From: Balneola sp.
GTDB lineage: Bacteria > Bacteroidota > Rhodothermia > Balneolales > Balneolaceae
Assembly (NCBI GenBank): GCA_002694685.1
Contig: NZMW01000012.1
Span: forward strand, 98,556-162,555
Reading direction: 5' to 3'
Length of the DNA stretch: 64,000 bases
This document shows, in pieces, positions 36,695-47,152 of the stretch. The notes under the pieces were generated by a model. That model searched no databases. It saw only the letters and a program-made list of their open reading frames with translations, and had not been told where the DNA came from. Made by a program: the position numbers and the translations under genes. Position 1 is the stretch's first letter. Each line of letters begins with the position of its first letter.

Positions 36695-39688
36695 ATGCGC
36701 ATTAAATCAAGTGTTATAGAGAGTTTAGAGACATTGTTTCATTTAAAAGAAGCTGAAAGCGCTTCGAACGTATTAAGGCTAAAAGTTAACTGGATTCAAT
36801 TCTCTATTGTTTTACTTGTAATGGTTGTATCGCCAATGATTGCCTTGGCTCAAACAGGAATCATCAGGGGAGAAGTTAAAGATGCCGAAAATGGCGAGGC
36901 TTTAATTGGTGCAAATGTTGTAGTTCAAGGAACTAGTATAGGTGCCTCTACTGATATCGATGGAAGGTATATCGTACGAGGAGTACCAGCAGGTGCACAA
37001 ACTATTCTTTTCAGATATTTAGGTTTTGAGTCTAAAGAAGTAGAGGTAACCGTTGAAGAGGGAGAAACGCTTGAGTTAAATATGGAGCTTTCCAGTACTA
37101 CTATCCAGGGAGCAGAAATTCAGGTTACAGCTCGCCAAAGAGGCCAATCAAGAGCGCTTAGTGAGCAAAGAAAATCAAAGAATATTAAAAACGTAATATC
37201 AGCTGAGCAGATTGAAACCTTTGCTGATAACACAGTAACTGGTGCCCTTTCAAGAATCGCAGGTATGGGCCATGGTGGAACCAATATACGTGGTGTGGGT
37301 GCAGGTTCAGCAAACGTTACCATGAACGGTCAGCGTATGGGTGCTACCGGAGGAGACCGAAGTGTTGATTTGAGTACAATTTCTGCTGATATGGTTCAGA
37401 ATCTCGAGGTAATTAAAGTAATTACTCCTGATATGGAAGCGGATGCCCTTGCTGGGGTTATCAATATTAGTACACGCCGGCCAGTAGGTGGGGAACGTGA
37501 CATGAATATCAGACTTGGCGGTGGTTTTCAAGATCGATACATCCGTCATGCCGGAACCCAGCAAAGAGCCTCTATTAATTATGGTGACAGCCCAACTGAT
37601 AATTACTCATTTGGAGTGAATTTTAGCTACCAGAAAGATCCATCAGCGAGTGAACTTTTTAGAACTGAATGGGCAAGCAGAACTTTTGAAAGTACAGCTC
37701 CAGAAGTAGTAGATATCTTATCTGATGTACAAAATGAGTTTAATTATACTATTCCTGAAAGAATTGGCTCCGGTTTACAGTTTACGTTCCAGCCTACAAA
37801 TGAGAGTACTTATCATATTGAAGGTATTTTCAATATTCAGAATCAGTCACAGTATCGATATGGGGTTAATTATGAGCCCAGAATGGCTAACTACTCCGAG
37901 CCTACCTACACCGGAAACCCGAATGGAGCCAACGATCCAGATGCTGAAAACCAGGGCAGTATAAGTTACAACCCACGTTTAGATGAGTCCACGATCCATC
38001 AATATACCGTTCAGGCTGGTGGTCGTCATCGCTTAGATAATATGGACATTGAGTACAAGCTTGGTTGGGGACACGGAAGATTTAGTGAAGATGAGTATCG
38101 GATGAGTTTTCAGACAGGTTCAGACCATGAATTTATTTTTAATACTGATAACCGGTGGAAACCGACTGTAGAGGTTGCTCCATGGAGTCGGTTTCCTGGT
38201 TATCCTCCTGCAACCGAAATGGATTTTCAGGATATGGATCATCGCGTTAACAGTAATGTTGATAATGATTTTGAAGGGACTTTCGATATTGAAATTCCAT
38301 ACTCTAACGGTTCATTCAAAACGGGTTTAAATGCTTCTTTAACCTATAAGCGCGGTATTGGAGAGCGGTTGCTTAGGAACTACAGCTCAAATCTTGATAT
38401 CTCAAAGTTTCAGCAAATTGAGAATGCGAACTGGAGTATTTTCAATCGCTCAGGACGTACCTACGAAATCCCTTGGTTGATCGATCTGGATCAGGCAAAA
38501 GAATTTTATATAACACAAACACCTCGTTTCCAAACTGATCTTGATGAGTGGGCATTAAGTACTGAAACATCGAAGTACAATGCCAATGAAAATACCTACG
38601 CCACCTACTTAATGGCAGATTTTCAAATCGATTGGTTCACCGTTTTAGGGGGGCTTCGTCTCGAATACACGGATAATAGTTACACAGGGCGGGAAAGTGA
38701 AATTAGCAGCTCAGGAGTGTTTCAAGGCGCTACTGATATTACAGAGACGAACAGCTATTTCAATCTCTTTCCAAATTTGCAGACCGTTTTTTCCATTAAC
38801 AATTTTACTAATCTAAGGTTTGCATATTCCCGATCTATTGGACGTCCAAACTTTGGTCAGCTTAATCCCTATGTACAGCGAAATTTTGCTACACGAACTA
38901 TACAGCGAGGGAATCCTGATCTAAGTCCAATGCTCTCTAATAACTTTGATGTACTTTTTGAGCACTATTTCCTCAATGTTGGGCAGTTTACGGTAGGTCT
39001 CTTTTATAAGGATATGAAAGACTTTGTTTTCTCCTCTAATCAAGTTGTGGATTACTCTGCTGACAATAATGATGAAGGACTAACCGGGCGATGGAACGTC
39101 AATAGCTTTCAAAACGGTGAACAGGCTACTGTTTATGGAGCCGAGTTTACCTGGCAGCAGAACCTGGAGTTTTTACCAGGAATTCTTGGCAATCTGGGTA
39201 CCTACGTAAATTACTCCTATTCGCAGTCTATTGCAGATGTTGGCCGAACAGTGAATGAAAGATATACCCACGGCTTAGCTGAATTATTTGAGTTTGTTGG
39301 AGGAAATGTAGATCCCGATTACAAATATATAACTCCTCTGGAAGGACAGCGTCCACACATCGTTAATGCGGGTCTCGATTTTACCAAAGGCGATTTCTTT
39401 ACTCAAATTACGTATCAGTGGTCGGCTGCGGCTATTTCTTCCTATGGTAGTAATGACCAAACTCTCGTTTCTGTCGGGAATGTTTACTACGATCAATTTA
39501 ATGGAGCAACAAAGGATTTATCTTTCACAGCCAGGTATTGGTTATCGGAAAATTTTCAAGTCTGGTTTGACGCATCGAACATCCTGAATAACCTGGAGCG
39601 AGACTACTATTACGAACCTGATTTATACCCTTACACATCTGAATTGAATGGAAGGGAAATTACACTCGGGTTGCGTTACCGACTTTAA
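36695..39688 (+). CDS. TonB-dependent receptor 3 with N-terminal CarboxypepD_reg-like domain
   Basis: GIIRGEVKDAENGEALIGANV...FRYLGF; EIQVTA (TonB-box-like); IKVITPDMEADALAGVINI; GNPDLSP; C-terminal TLGLRYRL. The start is uncertain (36683, 36695 or further downstream). Confidence 0.9.
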   Translation: MRIKSSVIESLETLFHLKEAESASNVLRLKVNWIQFSIVLLVMVVSPMIALAQTGIIRGEVKDAENGEALIGANVVVQGTSIGASTDIDGRYIVRGVPAGAQTILFRYLGFESKEVEVTVEEGETLELNMELSSTTIQGAEIQVTARQRGQSRALSEQRKSKNIKNVISAEQIETFADNTVTGALSRIAGMGHGGTNIRGVGAGSANVTMNGQRMGATGGDRSVDLSTISADMVQNLEVIKVITPDMEADALAGVINISTRRPVGGERDMNIRLGGGFQDRYIRHAGTQQRASINYGDSPTDNYSFGVNFSYQKDPSASELFRTEWASRTFESTAPEVVDILSDVQNEFNYTIPERIGSGLQFTFQPTNESTYHIEGIFNIQNQSQYRYGVNYEPRMANYSEPTYTGNPNGANDPDAENQGSISYNPRLDESTIHQYTVQAGGRHRLDNMDIEYKLGWGHGRFSEDEYRMSFQTGSDHEFIFNTDNRWKPTVEVAPWSRFPGYPPATEMDFQDMDHRVNSNVDNDFEGTFDIEIPYSNGSFKTGLNASLTYKRGIGERLLRNYSSNLDISKFQQIENANWSIFNRSGRTYEIPWLIDLDQAKEFYITQTPRFQTDLDEWALSTETSKYNANENTYATYLMADFQIDWFTVLGGLRLEYTDNSYTGRESEISSSGVFQGATDITETNSYFNLFPNLQTVFSINNFTNLRFAYSRSIGRPNFGQLNPYVQRNFATRTIQRGNPDLSPMLSNNFDVLFEHYFLNVGQFTVGLFYKDMKDFVFSSNQVVDYSADNNDEGLTGRWNVNSFQNGEQATVYGAEFTWQQNLEFLPGILGNLGTYVNYSYSQSIADVGRTVNERYTHGLAELFEFVGGNVDPDYKYITPLEGQRPHIVNAGLDFTKGDFFTQITYQWSAAAISSYGSNDQTLVSVGNVYYDQFNGATKDLSFTARYWLSENFQVWFDASNILNNLERDYYYEPDLYPYTSELNGREITLGLRYRL

Positions 39689-39841
39689 TAATGAATTTAA
39701 AGCAATAAATAATCTCCAATCATACAATGATCAGCACCATATGTATGGGTCGGAGTTTATCAATCTAAGAACAACAACTCTAAAGCGAGTATTATGCAAA
39801 CATTCGATACTAAGACAAAAATAAAAGGTAGGGGAGATGTT

Positions 39842-42088
39842 ATGTTTAATCTTTTCCGTTTAAAATTATGCAAAGCTTTTAGTGGCATCTTTTTAGCAGT
39901 AATGATGACAACATTCATGGCCGTAGATTCATTTGCCCAGCCAGGTGAAGGCTATGTTATCAACGAAGATGATTCACTGGCTCTTGTAGCTTATTATGAG
40001 TCAACAAATGGTGATCAATGGATTGATAACTCTGGTTGGCTCACTGATGCCCCCGTTTACTCTTGGGTTGGTATTGAAGAGGTAGCCAACGTAGCTGGCG
40101 ATGGAGAGCCTGCTGACTGGCGTGTAACAGTGATTGATATGCCTAGAAATAACATGACGGTTCCTGGTCCACTTCCAGCGGACTTGGCAGATCTTGAATT
40201 TCTTGAAGATTTTAAGGCAGATGTGAATTTACACATTGGAGGATTACCACCAGAATTAGCTACTCTTGACAGACTTCAGTTCTTATTGGTGCGAACCAAC
40301 CTATTCACTGGAACAGTTGATTGGGATGTGTTTTCTCAAATGGAGTCTATGCAGCAATTCCGAATTCGTCAGAACTACTTTTCTGGCCCTTTACCTCAAA
40401 CTTTAGGTGGTAATGGTTCTTGGCCCGCACTTACTCGTCTATATGTAGATGACAATCGTTTTACTGGACAAATTCCTGAAGTTCATTCAGAATTGACCAC
40501 ATTAAATCGTGTTTATTTCCATAATAACAGGCTAACCGGACCGATTCCAGATTGGTCAAGTCTTGAAGGTATGGAGTATTACCGTATTGCGAACAATGAT
40601 CTTGAGCCAGGACCGATTCCAGAATGGATATTTGACTCTTGGGGTGAAACACTGATTCGTTTCCAAATTCAAAATACCAACCGAACAGGTTCTCTTTCTC
40701 CGAAACTTGCCCAAATGGAAGCACTTGAGCAATTTATTATTGGGGGCCAGGGAGACACTATTGGTGAGGGCGAAACAACGGACGATATACCGGATCTATC
40801 AGTGATGCCTAGCCTGAGAAGAATTAACTTCTATGGCGGTGGATGGACAGGTGGACTTCCTACATGGGTTGGTGATGTTGCTAATCTTGAAGACGTCCAC
40901 TTCGCAAATATGAATATTACAGGTACTATCCCAGCTGAATGGGCAAATGCCGATTTAATTAATATTCACCTTGAAGACCTTAACATTGAAGGCGGACTAC
41001 CAGCAGCATTTTCTGTTGTGAATAGTATCCAATCTATCGTACTCATCGACAATCCAAACATGACAGTAGGTGAAATTCCTGATTGGATCGGTGGAAGCAT
41101 TGGAAACGTAACTGAGCTAGTACTTGAAGATGTTGGTGTAACAGGGGATATCTCTAACAATAACCTGATTAACCTTCAACTTGAATCCTTGAATCTGAGT
41201 GATAATCCTGAATTAACAGGATCTTTACCAAGCTGGTTTGAAACTAAAAATTGGAGCTTACTTGAACTTTCCAGAACTGGAATTGGGATCAGTTCAATAC
41301 CATCATGGTTAGGAGACCAGGATAATCTTTCTTACTTAGGTTTAGGAGGATTAGGACTTGAAGGCGAAATACCATCATTTTTCGGTGAAGGTTTGATTGC
41401 TGTAAATCTAACCACTTTAGCACTTGATGATAACAACCTTACAGGAAGTATCCCTGCTTCTTTAGGAAATACAATTCAGCTTGATTCCCTTAACCTATCA
41501 AACAATCAGCTATCGGGCGACATACCTGCCTCACTTGCTGATGCAGGACGAGTAACTGATGACCTGAGCGTTCTAGGTGCTCTGCAGCTTTCAGGGAATG
41601 CAGACCTCTCCGGAGAGCTGCCAATTGGATTGACAGATGCTACTTTCATGAGAGTTCTAGAGTACGATGGAACTAATATCTGTGAGCCAAGTGACGGAGC
41701 TTTTGAAACATGGATTGATGGAATTCCAGATTTTGCAGCTGAAAGCTATCCAATAGCCTATTATTCAGTATCAAGAACAAACGTCTCATGTGGAACGGTT
41801 TCTGTAGAAAATGATGGAACCCCGAATAAGTTCCAGTTACAACAGAACTATCCGAATCCATTTAACCCAACTACAAGCATTAAATACGAGATTCCTGAAG
41901 CAGCAACTGTTTCGCTTACCGTTTACAACATGCTTGGACAAGTAGTAGCTACTCTGGTTAATGACTTTAAAGCTGCAGGTAATTATGAAGTGAATTTTGA
42001 TGCTTCAAACTTTGCAAGTGGAAGTTATATCTACCGGCTTGAAGCTGGAGATAGAGTCTCTACTCAACAGATGATGCTGATTAAATAG
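39842..42088 (+). CDS. T9SS-secreted leucine-rich-repeat protein
   Basis: N-cap [15 protein letters not shown]....GW; plant-like LRR units LxLxxNxLxGxIPxxL; C-cap NICEP...W; [13 protein letters not shown]...MMLIK. The start may be 39794. Confidence 0.88.
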   Translation: MFNLFRLKLCKAFSGIFLAVMMTTFMAVDSFAQPGEGYVINEDDSLALVAYYESTNGDQWIDNSGWLTDAPVYSWVGIEEVANVAGDGEPADWRVTVIDMPRNNMTVPGPLPADLADLEFLEDFKADVNLHIGGLPPELATLDRLQFLLVRTNLFTGTVDWDVFSQMESMQQFRIRQNYFSGPLPQTLGGNGSWPALTRLYVDDNRFTGQIPEVHSELTTLNRVYFHNNRLTGPIPDWSSLEGMEYYRIANNDLEPGPIPEWIFDSWGETLIRFQIQNTNRTGSLSPKLAQMEALEQFIIGGQGDTIGEGETTDDIPDLSVMPSLRRINFYGGGWTGGLPTWVGDVANLEDVHFANMNITGTIPAEWANADLINIHLEDLNIEGGLPAAFSVVNSIQSIVLIDNPNMTVGEIPDWIGGSIGNVTELVLEDVGVTGDISNNNLINLQLESLNLSDNPELTGSLPSWFETKNWSLLELSRTGIGISSIPSWLGDQDNLSYLGLGGLGLEGEIPSFFGEGLIAVNLTTLALDDNNLTGSIPASLGNTIQLDSLNLSNNQLSGDIPASLADAGRVTDDLSVLGALQLSGNADLSGELPIGLTDATFMRVLEYDGTNICEPSDGAFETWIDGIPDFAAESYPIAYYSVSRTNVSCGTVSVENDGTPNKFQLQQNYPNPFNPTTSIKYEIPEAATVSLTVYNMLGQVVATLVNDFKAAGNYEVNFDASNFASGSYIYRLEAGDRVSTQQMMLIK

Positions 42089-42143
42089 AACTTTAGTCAT
42101 GATGTTGTTGAGCTTTAATCATCTCAGCAATTCTAAAAAGATC

Positions 42144-42180
42144 ACCCGTATAGTTCGAAAAAGCTATACGGGTTTTTTTT
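42144..42180 (+). terminator. Intrinsic terminator after the LRR gene
   Basis: ACCCGTATAG / CTATACGGGT stem followed by a T run. Confidence 0.9.
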
Positions 42181-42223
42181 AGTAACACATATTATTTTAA
42201 TAATAAAAATCACACATCTTCTC

Positions 42224-43138
42224 ATGAAATTAGATTATCGGTTTTATTTACTACTACCCGTTATTGTTACTTTAGTTCTTTCTGGAGTCTTCACTGGTGG
42301 TCACCTGGTATCATGGGGTGGGGATAGAAGTGAACAGGTTTCTAAAACTCCATCTGGAGAAGACTTTATAGATATTTCAGCCGGATACTTGCATAGCGTT
42401 GCCCTAAAAAAAGATGGAAGCATTTATGCTTGGGGATCAGACGGTGATGGTCAAGTTTCAAAAGCTCCAAAAACTAAAAATTTCACAGATGTAGCAGCCG
42501 GAAGCAATCATAGCGTTGCTTTGACTGAAGAAGGCACCGTTGTTAGCTGGGGATGGGATTATTCGATAAATGAAGAATATGCAAGGGGTACCATACCCAA
42601 AAGAAATGGATTTGTAGCAGTTTCAGCAGGCGGTAACCATAGCCTTGCCTTACATGAAGATGGAAGTATACATGCATGGGGATGGAATACAAATGGCTTA
42701 ATAAGTGATACTCCTGAAGGAAATGATTTTGTGGCTATTTCTGCAGGTACCTACCACAACTTAGCTCTTAAGGGTGACGGAACGGTAGTAGCTTGGGGAG
42801 ACGACATGTTTGGTTCAGTTGATGATACGCCAACGGATAAAAATTATACCGCAATTTCAGCAGGAGCCCGTCATAGCCTTGCACTCAGAAAAGATGGAAG
42901 CATTGCGGCATGGGGCTGGGACCTAAAAAAAGAAGTAAGTTCAACACCAACCGAAAACGGTTTTACATCTATTTCAGCGGGTTATTCCCATAGCATAGCA
43001 CTTAAAGAGGATGGTTCATTAGTAGCCTGGGGGTGGGAGCGAAACGATGAGGGACAAATCAGCGAGCTACCAGAGGGTAATGGATTTACTCGAATTTCTG
43101 CCAGTGACTTTCATAACCTGGCGATACGCTCTAATTAA
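42224..43138 (+). CDS. RCC1/BLIP-II-like seven-repeat beta-propeller with hydrophobic N-terminus
   Basis: Seven ~39-aa units G(S/T)xxAWG...F..ISAG..HS.AL..D making up the whole mature protein. Confidence 0.9.
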   Translation: MKLDYRFYLLLPVIVTLVLSGVFTGGHLVSWGGDRSEQVSKTPSGEDFIDISAGYLHSVALKKDGSIYAWGSDGDGQVSKAPKTKNFTDVAAGSNHSVALTEEGTVVSWGWDYSINEEYARGTIPKRNGFVAVSAGGNHSLALHEDGSIHAWGWNTNGLISDTPEGNDFVAISAGTYHNLALKGDGTVVAWGDDMFGSVDDTPTDKNYTAISAGARHSLALRKDGSIAAWGWDLKKEVSSTPTENGFTSISAGYSHSIALKEDGSLVAWGWERNDEGQISELPEGNGFTRISASDFHNLAIRSN

Positions 43139-43149
43139 AACCTTAAACT

Positions 43150-44088
43150 TTGCCTGATGTGAAAGCGACCAGACTACTTCTAACTATACTATTTACCACA
43201 GGTATTTCTCTTCATTCTGGTTCTCTTCAAGCTCAACAATCCGTTTCACTTTGGCCTGAAGATGAACTTCCAAACTCAAAAGGATTATCTATTCAGGATA
43301 GTGTGAAGAACGACCGCATATATCTCAATAAATATCCGGAGATGTATAGCTTTCATCCCGCAAAAGAAGAAAATAGTGGAGCGGCCGTTTTGATTTTTCC
43401 CAGTGGAGGCTACCATCATTTAACGTATGATCTAGGCGGCTTTCAGCTGGCTAAGTGGTTCAATACGCTCGGTGTCCACAGCTTTGTGGTTAACTACCGG
43501 TTACCTCTTTCACCCGACCTGGTTAAGCGAGAAATTGCTCCTTTACAAGATGCTCAAAGAGCAATGCGATTAGTACGTTCAATGGCCGAAGAGCTTGGAA
43601 TCGATCCTGACAAAATTGGAGTGATGGGGACCTCAGCTGGAGGTCATCTGGCATCCACTATCGGTACCTTTCATGAAGATGTTTCCGCTTTTGGTGACTC
43701 ACTCGATCAATATTCTTACCGGCCAGATTTTATGGTGATGATTTCTCCGGTAATTACATTTGGTGAGTATGCGCATGAGGGGAGTAGGATGAACCTTTTG
43801 GGCGAAAACCCGTCACCCCAACTCATAAACAAATATTCAACAGAGCTGCAGGTTGATAAGGATACACCACCGGCTTTTCTGGGACACGCCGCAAATGATG
43901 AATCGGTTCACCCGATGAACAGCATCATTTTTTACGAAGCGTTGCTACAGCACGGGAATACGGCTTCCAGCCTGCATATCTTTCCGCAAGGAGGACACAG
44001 CATTGGGCTTGTAGGAAACCCCGGTTCAACACAAATGTGGTCGGATTTATGTGAGGCATGGCTTAAGGAATCGGGTTTTATAGAGTGA
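43150..44088 (+). CDS. Secreted alpha/beta-hydrolase esterase (BD-FAE/xylan-esterase-like)
   Basis: IFPSGGY, GTSAGG, HAANDESV (Asp), GGHSIG (His); TTG start, signal ends LQA-Q. Confidence 0.85.
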   Translation: MPDVKATRLLLTILFTTGISLHSGSLQAQQSVSLWPEDELPNSKGLSIQDSVKNDRIYLNKYPEMYSFHPAKEENSGAAVLIFPSGGYHHLTYDLGGFQLAKWFNTLGVHSFVVNYRLPLSPDLVKREIAPLQDAQRAMRLVRSMAEELGIDPDKIGVMGTSAGGHLASTIGTFHEDVSAFGDSLDQYSYRPDFMVMISPVITFGEYAHEGSRMNLLGENPSPQLINKYSTELQVDKDTPPAFLGHAANDESVHPMNSIIFYEALLQHGNTASSLHIFPQGGHSIGLVGNPGSTQMWSDLCEAWLKESGFIE

Positions 44089-44118
44089 AATTGTATTCAT
44101 TCAGAATTCAAATCACAC

Positions 44119-44154
44119 AAAAAAGCCTCAGGCACATTTAAGCACCTGAGGCTT
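44119..44154 (-). terminator. Terminator between the convergent esterase and GH28 genes (T run on minus strand)
   Basis: AAGCCTCAGG / CCTGAGGCTT stem preceded by an A run on the + strand. Confidence 0.8.
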
Positions 44155-44175
44155 GGATCTACTATGGGAAACAGT

Positions 44176-45765
44176 TTACCAGGCCTGAACCTCTGGCGAT
44201 TCTTTAACGATATCTTTCGTTAAGCCATCCTTAAATTCAATTTGATTATTAGGGAAGTCATCTGTGAAAATTGCTCCGGTATGACGTCCTTGAAGAGTAA
44301 AAGGCTTTCCTGAAACTCCATCATTTAGAGTCAGGTTATTAAGGAATATTTCATATACATCTTCAGCAATCATCGCTTGCTCTTCAGAGTTAATGGTTAC
44401 ATTCGTCATCTTCAGTCCCTTAACACGCGTTATTCGAGCTCCTTTTTCAGAATTAATGACGTTGATGTTTTCGAGGTGAATATTTTCGAGCCATTTTTCT
44501 GGAAGACCTACAAGTTCAATCGCAGTTGGTACACCGTCAATTTCCACATCTTTAATATGGACGTTTCTCATTAGAGGAGAAGGACCTGTAACTCCAGGGC
44601 CTGTATAAAACGTATTAAAGTTTATAGCCTGATACGTGATATTTCGCATCTTTATATTTTCGATGAAGATGTTTTCGACGACATTACCACGTCCACGTTC
44701 GGTTTTAAATCGAATGCCTCGGTCACTTCCATCAAAAAGGGCATTGTGGACATAAACATTTCGGATTCCTCCCGATGTTTCACTTCCAAATACAACGCCT
44801 CCACTTCCTGTGCGAACTCTTCGGGCTTCAAAATTTCTAACTACTACGTTTTGTGTAGGAATGTTGATTTCCAATGCCTCTTCATTGAGCCCGGATTTGA
44901 GCACAACGGCATCATCGCCCGTTTCAAAATGATTATACTCAACAAGTACATCCTGTGAGGAATCAAGAACTACACCATCCCCATTTGGAGCTTTAAGACT
45001 ATTGATATTTACTCCACGAATAATAATTCGCTTGCTATAGATCATATGCAAATTCCACATAGGAGAGTCAAGCATTGAGATATCTTCAATTAAAATATCC
45101 TCGGACTCCCAAAAAACAACAAAACTGGGACGCATACCTTCCATTCCTGAACCCTTTCCAAAGTCTCGCCTGGATAAAGGTACTTTTGAGGCCGCAGCTC
45201 GGGGTGGAGTACCATGCTCTTCATACCATTCCCACCAGTGATCAGCCTGAGCATTTAGAAGCCCTGTTCCCGTGATCGATACGTTCTTCACTTTGTATGC
45301 ATAGATCATAGGAGAGTAGTTGTAGGCTTCTACACCTTCATGGCGCTGCCTTACAACCGGCAAATAATCTTCTTTATCAGTACTGAATAATACTTCTGAC
45401 CCTTCAGCTAAGTGAAGATCCATATTACTTTTAAGGTGAATAGGACCTGTAAGCCATTTTCCCTTTGGAATGAGAATTTGCCCGCCACCAGCTTCCGCTG
45501 CAGCCTCAACAGCCCGATGGATGGCATCCGTATTTTTGAAGTCTGAAGATTCATCCATAGTCTGAGCGCCATAATCCCGAATGTCAAATACCTGATCAGG
45601 TATTTCCGGGCGCTCCAATTCAGCCATTTCGAAAGGTGCATCCATTGGCGCAATATTCTCAGGTTTTTCTCCCATCTGAGCAAAGGCCGTTGCTGGAAAT
45701 ATAATGAGAAGTAAAAGTATAGATACTTTTGTTAAAGCTTCTTTTAATGCGTGGGTATAACTCAT
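44176..45765 (-). CDS. GH28 (exo-)polygalacturonase-like enzyme
   Basis: LTGPIHLKSN..LHL..G, PNGDG, TGDDAVVLKSG, GGVVFGSE, RGIRFKT; signal peptide; ATG 45765 preferred. Confidence 0.9.
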   Translation of the reverse strand: MSYTHALKEALTKVSILLLLIIFPATAFAQMGEKPENIAPMDAPFEMAELERPEIPDQVFDIRDYGAQTMDESSDFKNTDAIHRAVEAAAEAGGGQILIPKGKWLTGPIHLKSNMDLHLAEGSEVLFSTDKEDYLPVVRQRHEGVEAYNYSPMIYAYKVKNVSITGTGLLNAQADHWWEWYEEHGTPPRAAASKVPLSRRDFGKGSGMEGMRPSFVVFWESEDILIEDISMLDSPMWNLHMIYSKRIIIRGVNINSLKAPNGDGVVLDSSQDVLVEYNHFETGDDAVVLKSGLNEEALEINIPTQNVVVRNFEARRVRTGSGGVVFGSETSGGIRNVYVHNALFDGSDRGIRFKTERGRGNVVENIFIENIKMRNITYQAINFNTFYTGPGVTGPSPLMRNVHIKDVEIDGVPTAIELVGLPEKWLENIHLENINVINSEKGARITRVKGLKMTNVTINSEEQAMIAEDVYEIFLNNLTLNDGVSGKPFTLQGRHTGAIFTDDFPNNQIEFKDGLTKDIVKESPEVQAW

Positions 45766-45910
45766 AGTAAATACGTTGGGCATGGTTAGGACTTTTAGGT
45801 TAAATGGTTTTGGACTTCAGGTAATGTCTTCATCAAGTATCCAAGAGCCATTTTTGGTTGAAGAAATATCAGATTATAAGACTGGATTAATCATTTAAAC
45901 CAATTTTAAG

Positions 45911-45950
45911 TTACCGGTTAAATTATATATATTAAAAAGCGGTTTTGCAA
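45911..45950 (-). promoter_or_regulatory. sigma70 promoter TTGCAA-N17-TATAAT for GH28 with a motif A operator over the start site
   Basis: Minus strand reads TTGCAA(45950-45945)-17 nt-TATAAT(45927-45922)-T-TAACCGGTAA(45920-45911). Confidence 0.85.
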
Positions 45951-46269
45951 CCGTTGGAGTCAAAAAGTGGATGTTAATCAAATACTGAAAGTGGGGTGCT
46001 AAATCCATTGCTTCAGGATTAAGGTTTACATTTACTTTCGGAGCTGCTTCAACACTTGCTGTAATTTAAGGATGATAAGAAATGAGGTCAGATCATTAAT
46101 AACGAACAGCTGTTTAAGTATTATGCGTTATTGTCAGATCTCAAAAGTTATTTTAAAGGAATCCCATACCAGCTTAACGAATACAAAATAATCCCTTTTC
46201 AATTACTTACCTTCAGTTGGTTTTTTATAGCCGAATTGAATGATCATTTTAAAATAGATAAAGATAATA

Positions 46270-47052
46270 ATGAACTATATAGAAAAGCTTTTCTCACTCA
46301 AAGGTAAGGTAGCAGTTGTTGTTGGGGGAAGTGGAGAACTAGGGGGAGAAATGTCATTCGCCCTTTCCCAGGCAGGGGCCAAAGTTGCAGTATCGTATGC
46401 CGGCAATAAGGAAGGAGCTACCGAACAAATTTCCCGTATTGAAAGCGCTGGTGGAACAGCAATGGCATGTCAGATAAATGCCATTAGCGAGGACTCAATA
46501 AAGTCAGCTATTTCGAAAGTGATTGATGAATGGGGGCACATAGATATTTTAGTGAATGCTCCGGGAGTTAATTCCACTACGCCTATTATGGATATCACCG
46601 AAGAAGAATGGAATAAAATACTTGATATTAATTTGAAAGGCGCATTTCTGACGAGTCGTATTGTAGGTGAACATATGATTGAGAGGGGTGAGGGGGGAAG
46701 TATCATTAATATCTCTTCTGCATCTTCAGATATCCCTCTTTCTAAGGTATTTACATATAGCATTTCGAAAGCTGGAATGAATAATATGACTCGCTTCTTA
46801 GCTCGCGAATGGGCCCCGCATGATATCAGGGTTAATGCTATTATCCCCGGATTCTTCCCAGCAGAACAAAACAGGGAAATTCTTACGGAAGAACGAACGG
46901 AGTCTATATTTGGTCACACTCCTATGGACCGATTTGGTGAAGCAGAAGAACTTTCGGGAGCCGTGGTATGGCTGGCTTCAAAAAATGCTTCCTCTTTTGT
47001 GACCGGGTCTATGGTGACCGTTGATGGAGGCTTCACCGCAACAACAATCTAA
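46270..47052 (+). CDS. uxuB: SDR-type D-mannonate oxidoreductase (fructuronate reductase)
   Basis: GGSGELG, YSISK, IPGFFPAEQNR motif typical of SDR mannonate reductases; directly upstream of uxaC. Confidence 0.75.
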   Translation: MNYIEKLFSLKGKVAVVVGGSGELGGEMSFALSQAGAKVAVSYAGNKEGATEQISRIESAGGTAMACQINAISEDSIKSAISKVIDEWGHIDILVNAPGVNSTTPIMDITEEEWNKILDINLKGAFLTSRIVGEHMIERGEGGSIINISSASSDIPLSKVFTYSISKAGMNNMTRFLAREWAPHDIRVNAIIPGFFPAEQNREILTEERTESIFGHTPMDRFGEAEELSGAVVWLASKNASSFVTGSMVTVDGGFTATTI

Positions 47053-47152
47053 AATCAGTAATAGAATCTGCGTCACTATTCGTGTGATAGTGGCTCATAA
47101 ATATTTAAAAAAAATTCGAGACGTCTAAAGTAGCTTAAAAACAAACTGACCT

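Noticed and set aside
45960-46269. Long intergenic stretch upstream of uxuB-uxaC searched for a riboswitch or extra operator
   Set aside because: Only degenerate fragments were found (TTACTTACC, TAGCCGAATT); no convincing motif or RNA structure by eye.
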